A stretch of 64,000 bases of DNA. It comes from Candidatus Izemoplasma sp. (GTDB taxonomy: Bacteria; Bacillota_I; Bacilli_A; Izemoplasmatales; Izemoplasmataceae). Where the stretch lies: positions 11,308-75,307 of the forward strand of contig JAGYII010000005.1 in the NCBI GenBank assembly GCA_018402725.1, given 5' to 3'. Below are positions 31,943 to 42,118 of this stretch, one piece after another; position 1 is the first letter of the stretch; every line of letters starts with the position of its first letter. A program made the translations under genes and the position numbers. The notes under the pieces were generated by a model. That model did not search any database and was not told the origin of the DNA. It saw nothing but the letters and a program-made list of their open reading frames with translations.

Positions 31943-34537
31943 ATGGACGATCAAATTAAAGACCCCATTGAAGTGACCACAGACCGAATCAACGACATTA
32001 ACTTGACCGACGAAATGCGGACGTCCTTCTTATCCTATGCGATGAGTGTCATTGTCTCAAGAGCACTCCCTGATGTGAGAGATGGGTTAAAACCCGTCCA
32101 CCGAAGAATTTTGTTTGGGATGGAAGAACTCGGCGTTCAACCGGATAAAACCTATAAAAAATCGGCCCGGATTGTGGGCGATGTTATGGGTAAATACCAC
32201 CCCCACGGCGATAGTGCGATTTATGAGGCGATGGTCCGTTTAGCGCAACCTTTCTCAACGCGATACCCGCTTGTTGATGGCCATGGAAACTTTGGATCAA
32301 TTGACGGAGACGGTGCCGCTGCGATGCGTTACACCGAAGCTCGGATGGCAAAAATAGCCGCTGAGATGCTCGCAGACATCAAAAAAAATACGATTGATTT
32401 TGTCGATAATTATGACGGAAGTGAGAGAGAACCGTCTGTTTTACCGTCTAAATTTCCCAATCTTATCGTCAATGGAGCCACCGGAATCGCGGTTGGGATG
32501 GCCACCAACATTCCCCCCCATAACCTAAAAGAAGTCATTAATGGCTTACTTTTAATGCTCGATAACGCAGAAGTCACCCTCGATGAACTGATGGCGGTGA
32601 TTCCGGGACCTGACTTTCCTACGGGAGGTATTTTACTCGGACGGGCGGGGTTAAGAGAAGCCTATGAAACCGGAAATGGATCGATAAGAATCCGTGCGAA
32701 AGCGAACATTTCAGAAACCAAAACCGGAAAACAAATGATCACGGTCACTGAAATCCCCTACCAAGTTAATAAAACCCGATTGATTGAGAAAATTGCCGAA
32801 CTTGCTAAAGAAAAACGACTCGATGGAATTACCGATTTAAGAGATGAATCAAGCCGTGAAGGCATCAAAATCGTGATTGAGTTAAGACGGGACGTCAATG
32901 CGGAAGTGACATTAAACAACTTATACAAATACACCCCGCTGCAAACCAGTTTTGGAATCAATATGCTTGCCTTAGTCGATCAAAAACCGGAAGTCTTAGG
33001 GTTGGCCGATGTTTTAAGACACTATCTAACCCACCAATATGAAGTCTTAGTGAGACGAACCACCTTTGATTTAGGCAAAGCCGAAGAAAGAAAACACATC
33101 TTGGATGGGTTAGTGATCGCCCTTGAAAATATCGATGCGATCATTGAAATCATTCGAAATGCCTATGATGATGCTGACCAACAAATCATCGAAGCGTTTA
33201 AACTATCAGACGAACAAACCAAAGCCATTTTAGAAATGCGCTTAAGACGACTGAGTGGCTTAGAACGTGAAAAAATTGAAAACGAGATCAAAGAACTCGT
33301 TGTAGATATTGAAAATTTTAGCGCCATCTTAGCGTCGAAAGAAAAACAAACTGAAGTCATCAAAGAAGACTTAATCGCCCTTCAAAGTAAATATGACGAT
33401 GGCCGCAGAACTGAAATTTCCCTCGCCATCGATTTAGACATTGATGATGAGGACTTAATCCCGGTTGAAGATGTCATGGTCGTTATCACTCAAGGGGGCT
33501 ATTGCAAGCGGATGAACACCGACATTGCGAAGTCACAAAACCGGGGTGGGGTCGGCATTACGGGCCTTAAAACGAACGAGGATGATGCCCTTGAACACAT
33601 CATTATGACCTCGACGCACGATTACCTCTTATTCTTTACGAATAAAGGAAAAGTTTACAAGATGAAAGCCTACAAGGTGCCCAGTTATGGAAGAACTTCT
33701 AAAGGGCTTCCTATGGTCAACTTGCTCCCATTTGAAGAAGATGAATATCTCCAATCAGTGACGAATATTCAAGATTTTGATAGTGAAGAATACCTCTTCT
33801 TTACCACCAAAAAAGGCCGTGTTAAACGGACGGCAATCAATGCCTTTAAAAACATCCGTGCCAATGGAATTAGAGCGATTGAACTCAAAGAGACGGATGA
33901 ACTCCTAGCCGTTCGCCATACCAAAGGCGAACAAGAATTGATATTAGGGGCGTCTAATGGGAAAGCAATTCGTTTTAAAGAGACCGATGTTAGACCGATG
34001 GGCCGTACCGCTGCCGGAGTCATGGGGATGCGAATTAAGGCCGGAGATGAAGTGATTGGAACGGCCCTCATTGAAAACGATGAGCAAACCATTTTAGCCG
34101 TGACATTAAATGGCTATGGTAAGCGCTCAAAAGCATCCTTATATCGTCTCCAACAACGAGGAGGACAAGGGGTTAAAACGGTTCAAGTGACCGAAAAAAA
34201 TGGTCCGCTTGTCAAACTTCGCGGGGTAAACTTAGAAGATGATTTAGTCTTGTTGTCCAACAAAGGAATGATGATTCGCCTGCCACTTGATCAAATCTCA
34301 GAAACCGGAAGAGCCACCCAAGGCGTCCGTTTAATGCGTCTTCAAGAAGGCCATCAAATTGCGAACATTGCCATTGTTCCAAAAGAAGAGGAAAAAGACG
34401 AACAATTGACGTTTGTAGAGGTGACTCCACCAAAAGAACCTTTAATCGTTGAAGAAACCCCACTAGAAACAGAAACCCAAGAAACAGAAACCAAGAAAAA
34501 ACCAGAAAGTCTATTTGACCTACTCGACGAAGAGTAA
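31943..34537 (+). CDS. gyrA: DNA gyrase subunit A.
   Basis: An 864 aa ORF with the active-site Tyr region (AAMRYTE), the QRDR ([10 protein letters not shown]) and an acidic C-tail. Confidence 0.97.
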   Translation: MDDQIKDPIEVTTDRINDINLTDEMRTSFLSYAMSVIVSRALPDVRDGLKPVHRRILFGMEELGVQPDKTYKKSARIVGDVMGKYHPHGDSAIYEAMVRLAQPFSTRYPLVDGHGNFGSIDGDGAAAMRYTEARMAKIAAEMLADIKKNTIDFVDNYDGSEREPSVLPSKFPNLIVNGATGIAVGMATNIPPHNLKEVINGLLLMLDNAEVTLDELMAVIPGPDFPTGGILLGRAGLREAYETGNGSIRIRAKANISETKTGKQMITVTEIPYQVNKTRLIEKIAELAKEKRLDGITDLRDESSREGIKIVIELRRDVNAEVTLNNLYKYTPLQTSFGINMLALVDQKPEVLGLADVLRHYLTHQYEVLVRRTTFDLGKAEERKHILDGLVIALENIDAIIEIIRNAYDDADQQIIEAFKLSDEQTKAILEMRLRRLSGLEREKIENEIKELVVDIENFSAILASKEKQTEVIKEDLIALQSKYDDGRRTEISLAIDLDIDDEDLIPVEDVMVVITQGGYCKRMNTDIAKSQNRGGVGITGLKTNEDDALEHIIMTSTHDYLLFFTNKGKVYKMKAYKVPSYGRTSKGLPMVNLLPFEEDEYLQSVTNIQDFDSEEYLFFTTKKGRVKRTAINAFKNIRANGIRAIELKETDELLAVRHTKGEQELILGASNGKAIRFKETDVRPMGRTAAGVMGMRIKAGDEVIGTALIENDEQTILAVTLNGYGKRSKASLYRLQQRGGQGVKTVQVTEKNGPLVKLRGVNLEDDLVLLSNKGMMIRLPLDQISETGRATQGVRLMRLQEGHQIANIAIVPKEEEKDEQLTFVEVTPPKEPLIVEETPLETETQETETKKKPESLFDLLDEE

Positions 34538-34574
34538 TTGCAATTTAAAACAGTTTTTGATACGCTTTAATTAA

Positions 34575-34770
34575 CTTAGAGGCTAAGTTTATCACGGCTT
34601 TTATAGAGACCTAGTGGATGGTGAAAACTAGGAAAGCAGGTAAACGTTCCCCCTCTTAAAGAAGTTACGATTCATCTCGTTATCGATGCCAAAGTGAGCG
34701 AAAGCTAACCAGGGTGGCAACACGGGTATAATCACTCGTCCCTATTTCCAAGGGACGAGTGTTTTTTATT
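34575..34770 (+). ncRNA. T-box leader upstream of serS.
   Basis: Stem I carries AGAGA and GGUGAAAAC elements with candidate Ser specifier codons (AGC or UCC). The T-box core AGGGUGGCAACACGG has a UGGC that matches the tRNA-Ser discriminator G. A perfect 10-bp terminator follows (CACUCGUCCC-UAUUUCCAA-GGGACGAGUG, then U6). Confidence 0.65.
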
Positions 34771-34782
34771 AAGGAGGATTCA

Positions 34783-36054
34783 ATGTTAGATATTCAGTTA
34801 TTAAGAAGTGACAAAGAAGCCGTTATTAAGCGCTTAAATCAAAGAAATGAGGACTTCACCGAGCGGATTGAAGCCGTCCTAACAGCCGATCAAAAAAGAC
34901 GTGAAGTTTTACAAAAAGTCGAACAACTGAAGATGGCGCGGAATCAATTATCAAAATCGGTAGGAGAAGCTAAACAAAGAGGCGAGGACGTTAACGCTAT
35001 TTTAGCGCGAGTCGAAGATTCTAAAAGCGAGATTCAAAGCTTAGAAAAAGAAGCCATCCATGCCGAAGAAACAATTCGTGAAATTTTACTTAGAATTCCA
35101 AACATGCCTCATCTTAAGGCTCCATTAGGAACGAGCGAAAACGATAACGTTGAAATCAAAACAGTAGGGAACAAACCAGTCTTTAAATTCCCCCCTAAAG
35201 CCCATTGGGATTTAGCCGTTGAACGGGACTTTTTAGACTTCGAAAGAGCCGCTAAAATCAGTACCTCTCGTTTTGTCATCTATAAAAATGATGGAGCCCG
35301 CTTAGAACGTGCTCTGATTCAATTTATGATGGATATGCATGCAGATAAAGGGTATCAAGAGTTGATGCTTCCATATTTAGTGAACGCGACTTCAATGACC
35401 GCAACGGGCCAGTTTCCTAAGTTTAAAGAAGACGCTTTTGAGGTAAAAGACGACCGAGAGCTCTATTTAAATCCCACCGCAGAGGTCCCTGGAATAAATA
35501 TCTACCGGGATGAAATCCTTAAAGGGGAAGATTTACCTTTAAAATACGCCGCTTTTACCACCGCGTTTCGGCAAGAAGCAGGCAGTGCAGGAAGAGATAC
35601 CCGTGGCATCATCCGCCAACATCAATTTAATAAAGTTGAACTTCTTAAATTTTCTAAACCTGAAGATTCTTATGCGGAACTGGATGACATGTTAGCAGCT
35701 TCAGAAGCAATTCTAATTGCCTTAAAGTTACCTTATCGTGTGATTGAACTATGCACCGGAGATATTGGTTTTGCGATGGCAAAAACATATGATATTGAAG
35801 TCTATTTGCCGGCCTATGAAGATTACCGAGAAATAGGCAGTATTTCTAACGCTGAAGACTATCAAGCCCGGCGAGGCAATATTCGGTTCAAAAGAACGTC
35901 GGACGCTAAACCCGAATTTGTTCATACCCTTAATGGATCTGGACTTGCGGTCGGGAGAACGTGGATAGCGATTGTTGAGAATTTCCAAAACGAAGATGGA
36001 TCGATCACCGTGCCTGATGTACTAGTTCCTTATCTTAAAAAAACAGTCATATAA
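34783..36054 (+). CDS. serS: Seryl-tRNA synthetase.
   Basis: Class II aaRS motifs. The start is placed at ATG 34783 behind an AAGGAGG RBS. The ORF track's 34759 start lies inside the terminator hairpin. Confidence 0.95.
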   Translation: MLDIQLLRSDKEAVIKRLNQRNEDFTERIEAVLTADQKRREVLQKVEQLKMARNQLSKSVGEAKQRGEDVNAILARVEDSKSEIQSLEKEAIHAEETIREILLRIPNMPHLKAPLGTSENDNVEIKTVGNKPVFKFPPKAHWDLAVERDFLDFERAAKISTSRFVIYKNDGARLERALIQFMMDMHADKGYQELMLPYLVNATSMTATGQFPKFKEDAFEVKDDRELYLNPTAEVPGINIYRDEILKGEDLPLKYAAFTTAFRQEAGSAGRDTRGIIRQHQFNKVELLKFSKPEDSYAELDDMLAASEAILIALKLPYRVIELCTGDIGFAMAKTYDIEVYLPAYEDYREIGSISNAEDYQARRGNIRFKRTSDAKPEFVHTLNGSGLAVGRTWIAIVENFQNEDGSITVPDVLVPYLKKTVI

Positions 36055-36088
36055 AAAAACTCTGGGGAATAACCCCAGAGTTTTTATT
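36055..36088. terminator. Bidirectional terminator between serS and the HIT gene (ACTCTGGGG-AATAA-CCCCAGAGT flanked by A and T runs).
   Basis: A perfect 9-bp stem between convergent genes. Confidence 0.75.
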
Positions 36089-36494
36089 TAAGTTGTTGAG
36101 TCACTTTATCTTTTAAGCTTAAAAAATGATCATGATCAATCGTTCCAGGAGCCTTATCTAGCCCTATATACATTCCGTCATTTTCATAGCGAGGAATGAG
36201 ATGAACATGAAAGTGAAAGACGCTTTGTAAAGGACGGTCGTTGTTGTTAATCATATTTAATCCAATCGGATTAAAGGCTTTTTTAAGAGCGGTTGCAATC
36301 TTAGGAATGGCTTTAAATAAAGGAATTGATTCTTCTTCTGTCAATTCATAGATATTAGCCACATGTTTTTTAGGAATCACCAAAGTATGTCCTACGGTGA
36401 CCTGTGAGATATCTAAAAATCCTAAAACCGCTTCATCTTCATAAAGGATATACGCTGGAATTTCTTTGTTGACGATTTTACAAAAGACACACAT
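36084..36494 (-). CDS. HIT-family nucleotide hydrolase (Hint-like).
   Basis: A 136 aa ORF with the histidine triad HFHVHLIP. Confidence 0.85.
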   Translation of the reverse strand: MCVFCKIVNKEIPAYILYEDEAVLGFLDISQVTVGHTLVIPKKHVANIYELTEEESIPLFKAIPKIATALKKAFNPIGLNMINNNDRPLQSVFHFHVHLIPRYENDGMYIGLDKAPGTIDHDHFLSLKDKVTQQLK

Positions 36495-36495
36495 A

Positions 36496-37152
36496 TCAAG
36501 CTCCCATTTGAGACTTCACCAACTGAACGATTTCGTCCATGGTGTTAAATAAATGATCGGGATTAGATTGGGCGAGTAAAGAAGCTCCTTTAATGCTCCA
36601 AGCGACTCCGCCCGAGAGGATACCAGCGTTTTGACCGGCTTCGATATCACCTGGATTATCACCAATCATAATGGCCCAATCCGCTCCACCTAAACGTTTT
36701 AAGGCTATTTCAACAGGTTCTTTATCAGGTTTAGGATGTTTCACATCATCTAAAGCGACAAAAGCATCAAAATAGGGTTCTAGACCAAATTTTGTAAAAC
36801 TATACCAAGCGCCATCTTTATATTTAGAAGTAACTACCGATAACTTAGCCCCAAGTTCCTTTAAGGCTCTAAGTCCCTCAACAACACCGGGATATAAGGC
36901 GATGGTTTTATCTTCGTTTGCTTTATAGTGCACCCGGTAGTCCGCAATCATTTGTTCAACCACCTCAGGATCTCGATACTTTAAAAAGACTTGAGACAAG
37001 GTGGGGCCGATAAATTCAATGATTTGCTCCCGAGAAAAAGTTTCTTCAGGGATGTACTTAACTAAGACAGAACGGTAACTTTCAATAATAATTTCGTTGG
37101 AATCAATTAAGGTTCCATCTAAGTCAAACAAAACGGCGCAATCTTTTATCAT
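36496..37152 (-). CDS. HAD-IA family hydrolase (PpaX/phosphoglycolate phosphatase-like).
   Basis: A 218 aa ORF with FDLDGTLIDS motif I and a C-terminal GDNPGD motif. Confidence 0.75.
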   Translation of the reverse strand: MIKDCAVLFDLDGTLIDSNEIIIESYRSVLVKYIPEETFSREQIIEFIGPTLSQVFLKYRDPEVVEQMIADYRVHYKANEDKTIALYPGVVEGLRALKELGAKLSVVTSKYKDGAWYSFTKFGLEPYFDAFVALDDVKHPKPDKEPVEIALKRLGGADWAIMIGDNPGDIEAGQNAGILSGGVAWSIKGASLLAQSNPDHLFNTMDEIVQLVKSQMGA

Positions 37153-37243
37153 AGAGATACCTCACGCTTATTTTATCAAAGAATGAAGTAACATTGAAAT
37201 ATCCTTAAAAAGCCTTATAATTAAGTACGAATAGAGGTGCATT

Positions 37244-38194
37244 ATGGCAAATATTATTGAACAACTTAAAACGCAAATAACAGGTAAAAATGTAAAAATC
37301 GTATTCCCTGAAGGTCAAGACGAACGGGTTGTCACTGCAATTAATCAATTGGCTAAAGAGGGCTTAATTACGCCCCTTGTGGTAGGCCCAGTCTTAGAAC
37401 AATTAGACCCAAGTGTCAAAGTCTATAATCCTAAAACTGATGATCTAAAAACCTCGATGTTAAAAGCTTTTCAAGAGAGAAGGCCAGGGAAACATAGCGA
37501 CGCTGAAGCAATTCAATTATTAGAAGATGAAACGTACTTCGCTACTATGATGGTCTATATGGGCCTTGCTGACGGTCTAGTCAGTGGAGCGGCTCACTCA
37601 ACAGGAGATACGGTCAGACCCGCCCTTCAGATTATCAAAACAAAACCCGGTATTTCTCGTGTTTTTGGCTACTTTTTAATGATTAGAGATGATGAGAAGT
37701 ACTTAATGGGTGACTGTGCAATTAATCCAAATCCTTCATCAGAAGATCTTGCCCAGTTTGCGTTAGAGCTTTATGAGGTAGCCCCAACATATGGGATAAA
37801 GCCTAAGGTTGCACTTTTATCCTTCTCTACCAATGGGTCAGCAAATACTGAAGAGACCTTAAAAGTCAAAAAAGCTAAAGAAATAGCATTAAAAATAAAC
37901 CCAAGCGCATTGATCGATGGTGAGATGCAATTCGATGCTGCCTTCGTTCCTAAAGTGGGTCATAGCAAGTATCCAGGATCTCACGTTGCAGGACAAGCCA
38001 ATGTGTTTATCTTTCCAACCTTAGATGCAGGAAATATCGGTTACAAAATGGTCGAGCGTTTTGGAGGTTTCGATGCAGTCGGGCCAATCTTGGCAGGACT
38101 TAATCAACCGGTTAACGATTTGTCACGAGGTTGCAGCATCGAAGATGTTTATTCATTAAGTATTATTACGGCTTCACAAAGTTTGAAAAAATAG
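37244..38194 (+). CDS. pta: Phosphate acetyltransferase.
   Basis: A 316 aa ORF. PTA_PTB family similarity runs across the full length. Confidence 0.85.
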   Translation: MANIIEQLKTQITGKNVKIVFPEGQDERVVTAINQLAKEGLITPLVVGPVLEQLDPSVKVYNPKTDDLKTSMLKAFQERRPGKHSDAEAIQLLEDETYFATMMVYMGLADGLVSGAAHSTGDTVRPALQIIKTKPGISRVFGYFLMIRDDEKYLMGDCAINPNPSSEDLAQFALELYEVAPTYGIKPKVALLSFSTNGSANTEETLKVKKAKEIALKINPSALIDGEMQFDAAFVPKVGHSKYPGSHVAGQANVFIFPTLDAGNIGYKMVERFGGFDAVGPILAGLNQPVNDLSRGCSIEDVYSLSIITASQSLKK

Positions 38195-38229
38195 GCGATT
38201 AAAGCCTATTTTTATAATAAGGGGACTCC

Positions 38230-39132
38230 ATGAAACGCTGTACAATTATCTATAATCCCAACAGTGGAAAAGGAACATTTAAAAAACATCTTGTTGAAAT
38301 ACAAGATCATCTAGAGTCTCAAGGTTTCACGTGGAACATGGCTGAGACTGAATATCCTAAACACGCCGTTAAACTTTATGAGCAAGCAGCAAGAGAAGCT
38401 GTTGATCTTGTGATTGTAAGTGGGGGCGACGGAACCATGAATGAAGTCACTCAAAGCATTCCCTTCATAAAAAACCCACCTCCTATTGGATACATTCCAA
38501 GCGGAACAGCAAACGATTTAGGTAAAACATTAGGTTTAAGAAAAAAAGTAAGTAAAACGCTACAGATATTTGAAAAAAACCAAATCAAATATATGGACAT
38601 CGTTCAAAGTAATTTTGGTGTTTTTAACTACATTGCTGCAATAGGAAATTACGTTGACATTAGCTATAAAACGACAAAAAAAATGAAAAAAGTATGGGGG
38701 TTTTTAGCCTATATTCTTTTTGGGATTAAAGCCTTTTTTACCACTCCAATGATACAAGCAAGTATTAAAACCGATCAAAAGTCTTATTCAGGTCGTTATT
38801 CACTGATTATGATTCTGAACTCTCAATATGTCGCTGGATTTAACTTGAATCCTCAAGCTAAACTTAATGATGGAAAATTTGAACTTATCTTAGTTCCGTA
38901 TGTCCCCATTTTTAACAACGTCTACTTCTTTGCAGTCTTTTTGCTAAAGAATTTTAAACTTCCAGGAATTGTGAAAGCCCAAGCGAGCGAAATTAAAATT
39001 AAAACAAATCATTCAAGAGCTTGGAGTTTAGATGGCGAAGTTGCTGAGTCAGGAAAGTTCGAGGCTCACATTATTCCTAAAAAACTTCCTGTGATTATCA
39101 ATCCCAAAATGACTGCAGGAATGCTAGATTGA
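38230..39132 (+). CDS. DgkB/YegS-family lipid (diacylglycerol) kinase.
   Basis: A 300 aa ORF with a DAGK catalytic domain (NPNSGKG, SGGDGTMNEV). Confidence 0.8.
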   Translation: MKRCTIIYNPNSGKGTFKKHLVEIQDHLESQGFTWNMAETEYPKHAVKLYEQAAREAVDLVIVSGGDGTMNEVTQSIPFIKNPPPIGYIPSGTANDLGKTLGLRKKVSKTLQIFEKNQIKYMDIVQSNFGVFNYIAAIGNYVDISYKTTKKMKKVWGFLAYILFGIKAFFTTPMIQASIKTDQKSYSGRYSLIMILNSQYVAGFNLNPQAKLNDGKFELILVPYVPIFNNVYFFAVFLLKNFKLPGIVKAQASEIKIKTNHSRAWSLDGEVAESGKFEAHIIPKKLPVIINPKMTAGMLD

Positions 39133-39665
39133 AACCCGTCTTATATGTGGTAGAAGGAAGACACGATTCCGCCAAACTTAAACTAATTGATGCTCAAATA
39201 GAAACGTGGATCACGAATGGCAGTCATTTCAATCAAGAGCGGATACAACAATTAGTTGAGTTGAGCAAAAAGTATGAGCTTGTCCTATTGTTAGACCCTG
39301 ATGGCGCAGGAGAAAGAATCAGAAAAAGAATTATAGAACATCTTCCCAACATCAAACAAATCTTTGTTCCTCAAAATTTAGCCCACAGCCCCCAAGGAAA
39401 AACAGGCATTGAGCACATGGAAGTTGAGGTATTAAGAGGATATTTGAGTCATCCTAAACAAACTCATGTTTCACGTGAAACATGGAAAGTCCAAGATTTA
39501 TATGATTTAGGCTTAGCTGGAACCCATAACGCTCAGATTCTAAGGGAAAAAATGAGTGTAAATTTAGGTTTACCCTATGCCAATGTAAAGTCCTTTTGTC
39601 GCTTACTTAATCAATTTGGAATAGACAAAAAGACAGTAGTGGAGAAGGTAAATAATGAATCTTAA
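39129..39665 (+). CDS. rnmV: Ribonuclease M5 (Toprim domain, 5S rRNA maturase).
   Basis: A 178 aa ORF with an N-terminal Toprim (VVEGRHD, LLLDPDGAGERI). The TTG start overlaps the upstream stop. It sits next to ksgA as in Bacillus. Confidence 0.8.
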   Translation: MKPVLYVVEGRHDSAKLKLIDAQIETWITNGSHFNQERIQQLVELSKKYELVLLLDPDGAGERIRKRIIEHLPNIKQIFVPQNLAHSPQGKTGIEHMEVEVLRGYLSHPKQTHVSRETWKVQDLYDLGLAGTHNAQILREKMSVNLGLPYANVKSFCRLLNQFGIDKKTVVEKVNNES

Positions 39666-40473
39666 AGCGAAAAAAAAGTGGGGTCAGAATTTCTTAGTTG
39701 ACAGCACAATTCGAGAGAGAATTGTCCAACAAGCCAATATTAATCCAGAAACTTTAGTGATTGAAATTGGCCCAGGGCAAGGCTCAATTACAACGTTAAT
39801 GGTGGATCATGTGGCCCATCTACTTGCCTATGAAATTGATCCTGATTTGGCTCGAGTTTTAAAAGGTCAATATCAAAGCTATAAAAAAGTTGAAATTATC
39901 GAAGGTGATTTTTTAATTCGAGATGTGAAGCAAGACATTAAAAATGTTAAAACCCCTTATAAATCGATTAAAGTCGTAGCAAATCTTCCTTACTACATTA
40001 CGACTCCCATCATCACTAAATTGATGTTAGAACTTGATAATATTGATGAATTAATCATCATGGTTCAATATGAGGTCGCCCTTAGATTGACCGCAAGTGT
40101 AAAAGATTCTGATTACAGTGCACTCTCTGTCATCACTCAATATTATTCAGAGCCAGAATTTTTATTTAAAGTACCTCCTCAAGCCTTTCGACCGCAACCC
40201 AAAGTGGAGTCAGCAGTTATCAAACTAATACGCTTAAATAAGCGGTTAGTCCCCTCAAACCTTGAGAGTGAATGGCTGGAATTTATTCGGTTCGCGTTCC
40301 AACAACCTAGAAAGACCTTGGTCAACAATTTAACTAAAGCTTATAATCTAACAAAGGATGATGTTGGAGAAACTTTAGTTAGTCTCGGGTTATCACTGAC
40401 CAGTCGAGCGGATAGTCTTAGGATAGAAACCCTGGTGAAAATTTTTGACATTATTAGACTTAAAATGATATAA
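39655..40473 (+). CDS. rsmA: 16S rRNA (adenine1518/1519-N6)-dimethyltransferase.
   Basis: A 272 aa ORF with the KKKWGQNFL N-terminus, SAM-binding motif EIGPGQG and NLPY. Confidence 0.9.
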   Translation: MNLKAKKKWGQNFLVDSTIRERIVQQANINPETLVIEIGPGQGSITTLMVDHVAHLLAYEIDPDLARVLKGQYQSYKKVEIIEGDFLIRDVKQDIKNVKTPYKSIKVVANLPYYITTPIITKLMLELDNIDELIIMVQYEVALRLTASVKDSDYSALSVITQYYSEPEFLFKVPPQAFRPQPKVESAVIKLIRLNKRLVPSNLESEWLEFIRFAFQQPRKTLVNNLTKAYNLTKDDVGETLVSLGLSLTSRADSLRIETLVKIFDIIRLKMI

Positions 40474-40591
40474 AATTAAGTTCTACCGCACCATCAAGCG
40501 TTTTTTATTATCATAATTGTTTGAAACACAAAGTAGTTTATGATATACTGCAAGCGTATTCATAAAGTCATTCAACGTGGGGTGGTCGATT

Positions 40592-40864
40592 ATGGAAATC
40601 ACGGATGTCAGAGTCAAGAAGTTTAACGGTGAAAATCGCCTTAAAGCGATCGCTGCCATAACGATTGATGATTGCTTCGTAGTCCATGAGTTACGTATTA
40701 TCGATGGCAAAGATGGTCTTTTTGTTGCGATGCCAAGTCGGAAGATGCCGAATGGTGAGTTTAAGGATGTCGCTCATCCAATTAACCAAGAAACTCGCAG
40801 CACGATTGAAAAGATTGTTATCGAGGCATACGAAAACATCGAAGATGAACCAGTTGAAGAATAG
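40592..40864 (+). CDS. spoVG: SpoVG-family regulator.
   Basis: About 90 aa beginning MEITDVRVKK with full-length SpoVG similarity. The start is moved to ATG 40592. Confidence 0.85.
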   Translation: MEITDVRVKKFNGENRLKAIAAITIDDCFVVHELRIIDGKDGLFVAMPSRKMPNGEFKDVAHPINQETRSTIEKIVIEAYENIEDEPVEE

Positions 40865-40877
40865 TTAATTGATAAAT

Positions 40878-40915
40878 AATGCAACTTTTTTACGAGAGTT
40901 GCATTTTATTTTTGT
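40878..40915 (+). terminator. Rho-independent terminator after spoVG (AATGCAACT-loop-AGTTGCATT, then T-run), followed by a sigma-A-like promoter for prs (TTGTCT...TATAAT).
   Basis: A 9-bp perfect stem and a T-run. The -35/-10 hexamers downstream have 17-18 nt spacing. Confidence 0.7.
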
Positions 40916-40956
40916 CTTTTTTCGTTATAATGATACTTAGAACTACAGGAGGTAGT

Positions 40957-41916
40957 ATGGCAACCTTTAATGGTCAAAAAGTTAAGTTGTTTACCCTGAA
41001 TGCAAACCGCCCTTTAGCTGAAAAAATCGCTGAGTATACTAAAATTCCGATGAGCGAACTTGAAGTAAACCGTTTTGAAGATGGTGAGATTCAAATTAAT
41101 ATCGCTGAAACGGTTCGAGGGCACCACGTATTTGTCGTTCAACCGACCCAACCTCCTGTGAACGAACACATGATGGAGCTACTCATCCTAATGGATGCCT
41201 TAAAACGAGCCAGTGCTCAAACCATCAACGTAGTCATGCCGTACTATGGATATTCGAGACAAGATAGAAAAGCAAAATCTAGACAACCGATTAGTGCTAA
41301 ACTTATGGCTGATCTATTGACCGTTGCAGGCGCAACACGAGTCATTGCGATGGATCTGCACGCAGCCCAAATTCAAGGATTCTTTAATATCCCCATCGAT
41401 AACTTCAAAGCCATGCCAATTTTATCGACCTACTTTGAAGAAAGGCTCAAAGGCGAAGAAGTCGTCATCGTCTCCCCTGATCACGGGGGTGCCGTTAGAG
41501 CCCGAGAGTTTGGCAATATTCTCCATGCTCCTATTGCAATTATTGATAAACGTCGTCCGCAAGCCAATGTTGCCGAAGTCATGAACATTGTGGGGGATGT
41601 AAAAGGGAAAATTGCAATTATTGTTGATGACATCATCGATACCGCAGGGACCATTCAAGCGGCCGCCGCTGCCCTCAAAAAAGAAGGCGCAAAAGAAGTC
41701 TATGCAGCTTGTACCCATCCCGTATTTTCCGGAAATGCCATTGATAAGATTAACAACAGTGAAATTAAAGAACTGATTTGTACAGATACCATCCACTTAA
41801 GACCCGATCAAACCTCCCCCAAGATTAAACAACTATCGATTTCAAACTTATTAGGTCAAGGCATCTTAAATATCATTACCAACGAATCACTCAGTGTCCT
41901 ATTCGAAAAAGAATAA
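40957..41916 (+). CDS. prs: Ribose-phosphate pyrophosphokinase.
   Basis: A 319 aa ORF beginning MATFNGQKVKLF, with the PRPP-binding loop. The start is at ATG 40957 behind a GGAGGT RBS. Confidence 0.93.
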   Translation: MATFNGQKVKLFTLNANRPLAEKIAEYTKIPMSELEVNRFEDGEIQINIAETVRGHHVFVVQPTQPPVNEHMMELLILMDALKRASAQTINVVMPYYGYSRQDRKAKSRQPISAKLMADLLTVAGATRVIAMDLHAAQIQGFFNIPIDNFKAMPILSTYFEERLKGEEVVIVSPDHGGAVRAREFGNILHAPIAIIDKRRPQANVAEVMNIVGDVKGKIAIIVDDIIDTAGTIQAAAAALKKEGAKEVYAACTHPVFSGNAIDKINNSEIKELICTDTIHLRPDQTSPKIKQLSISNLLGQGILNIITNESLSVLFEKE

Positions 41917-41939
41917 AACATTCAAAACGGATCGTTTTT

Positions 41940-42112
41940 TAAAGCTCTATATATAGCGACTCTAGGCCGGTGAAAGCTAGAGAGTATCTTTAAAAAACAA
42001 ACACCGTTGTTGCGAATGCGTTCCTTCCCGTTAAGAAGAAGAGTATTAAACTAAGGTGGTACCGCGGAAAATTTCGCCCTTAAATATTTTTAAGGGCGTT
42101 TTATTTTAGGAG
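41940..42112 (+). ncRNA. T-box leader upstream of asnS with an Asn (AAC) specifier.
   Basis: Stem I carries AGAGAG and GGUGAAAG with a specifier region containing AAC followed by A. The T-box AACUAAGGUGGUACCGCGG is canonical. The terminator is GCCCUUAAAUAUUUUUAAGGGCG followed by U4AU4. Confidence 0.85.
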
Positions 42113-42118
42113 AAAACA

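Noticed and set aside
34759-34782. The upstream start of serS (MFFIKEDSM...).
   Set aside because: It lies within the T-box terminator hairpin and U-tract. The ATG at 34783 has an AAGGAGG RBS.
40483-40710. A 75-aa minus-strand ORF overlapping the spoVG promoter and start.
   Set aside because: It is antisense to the conserved spoVG 5' region, has no RBS and has low-complexity composition.
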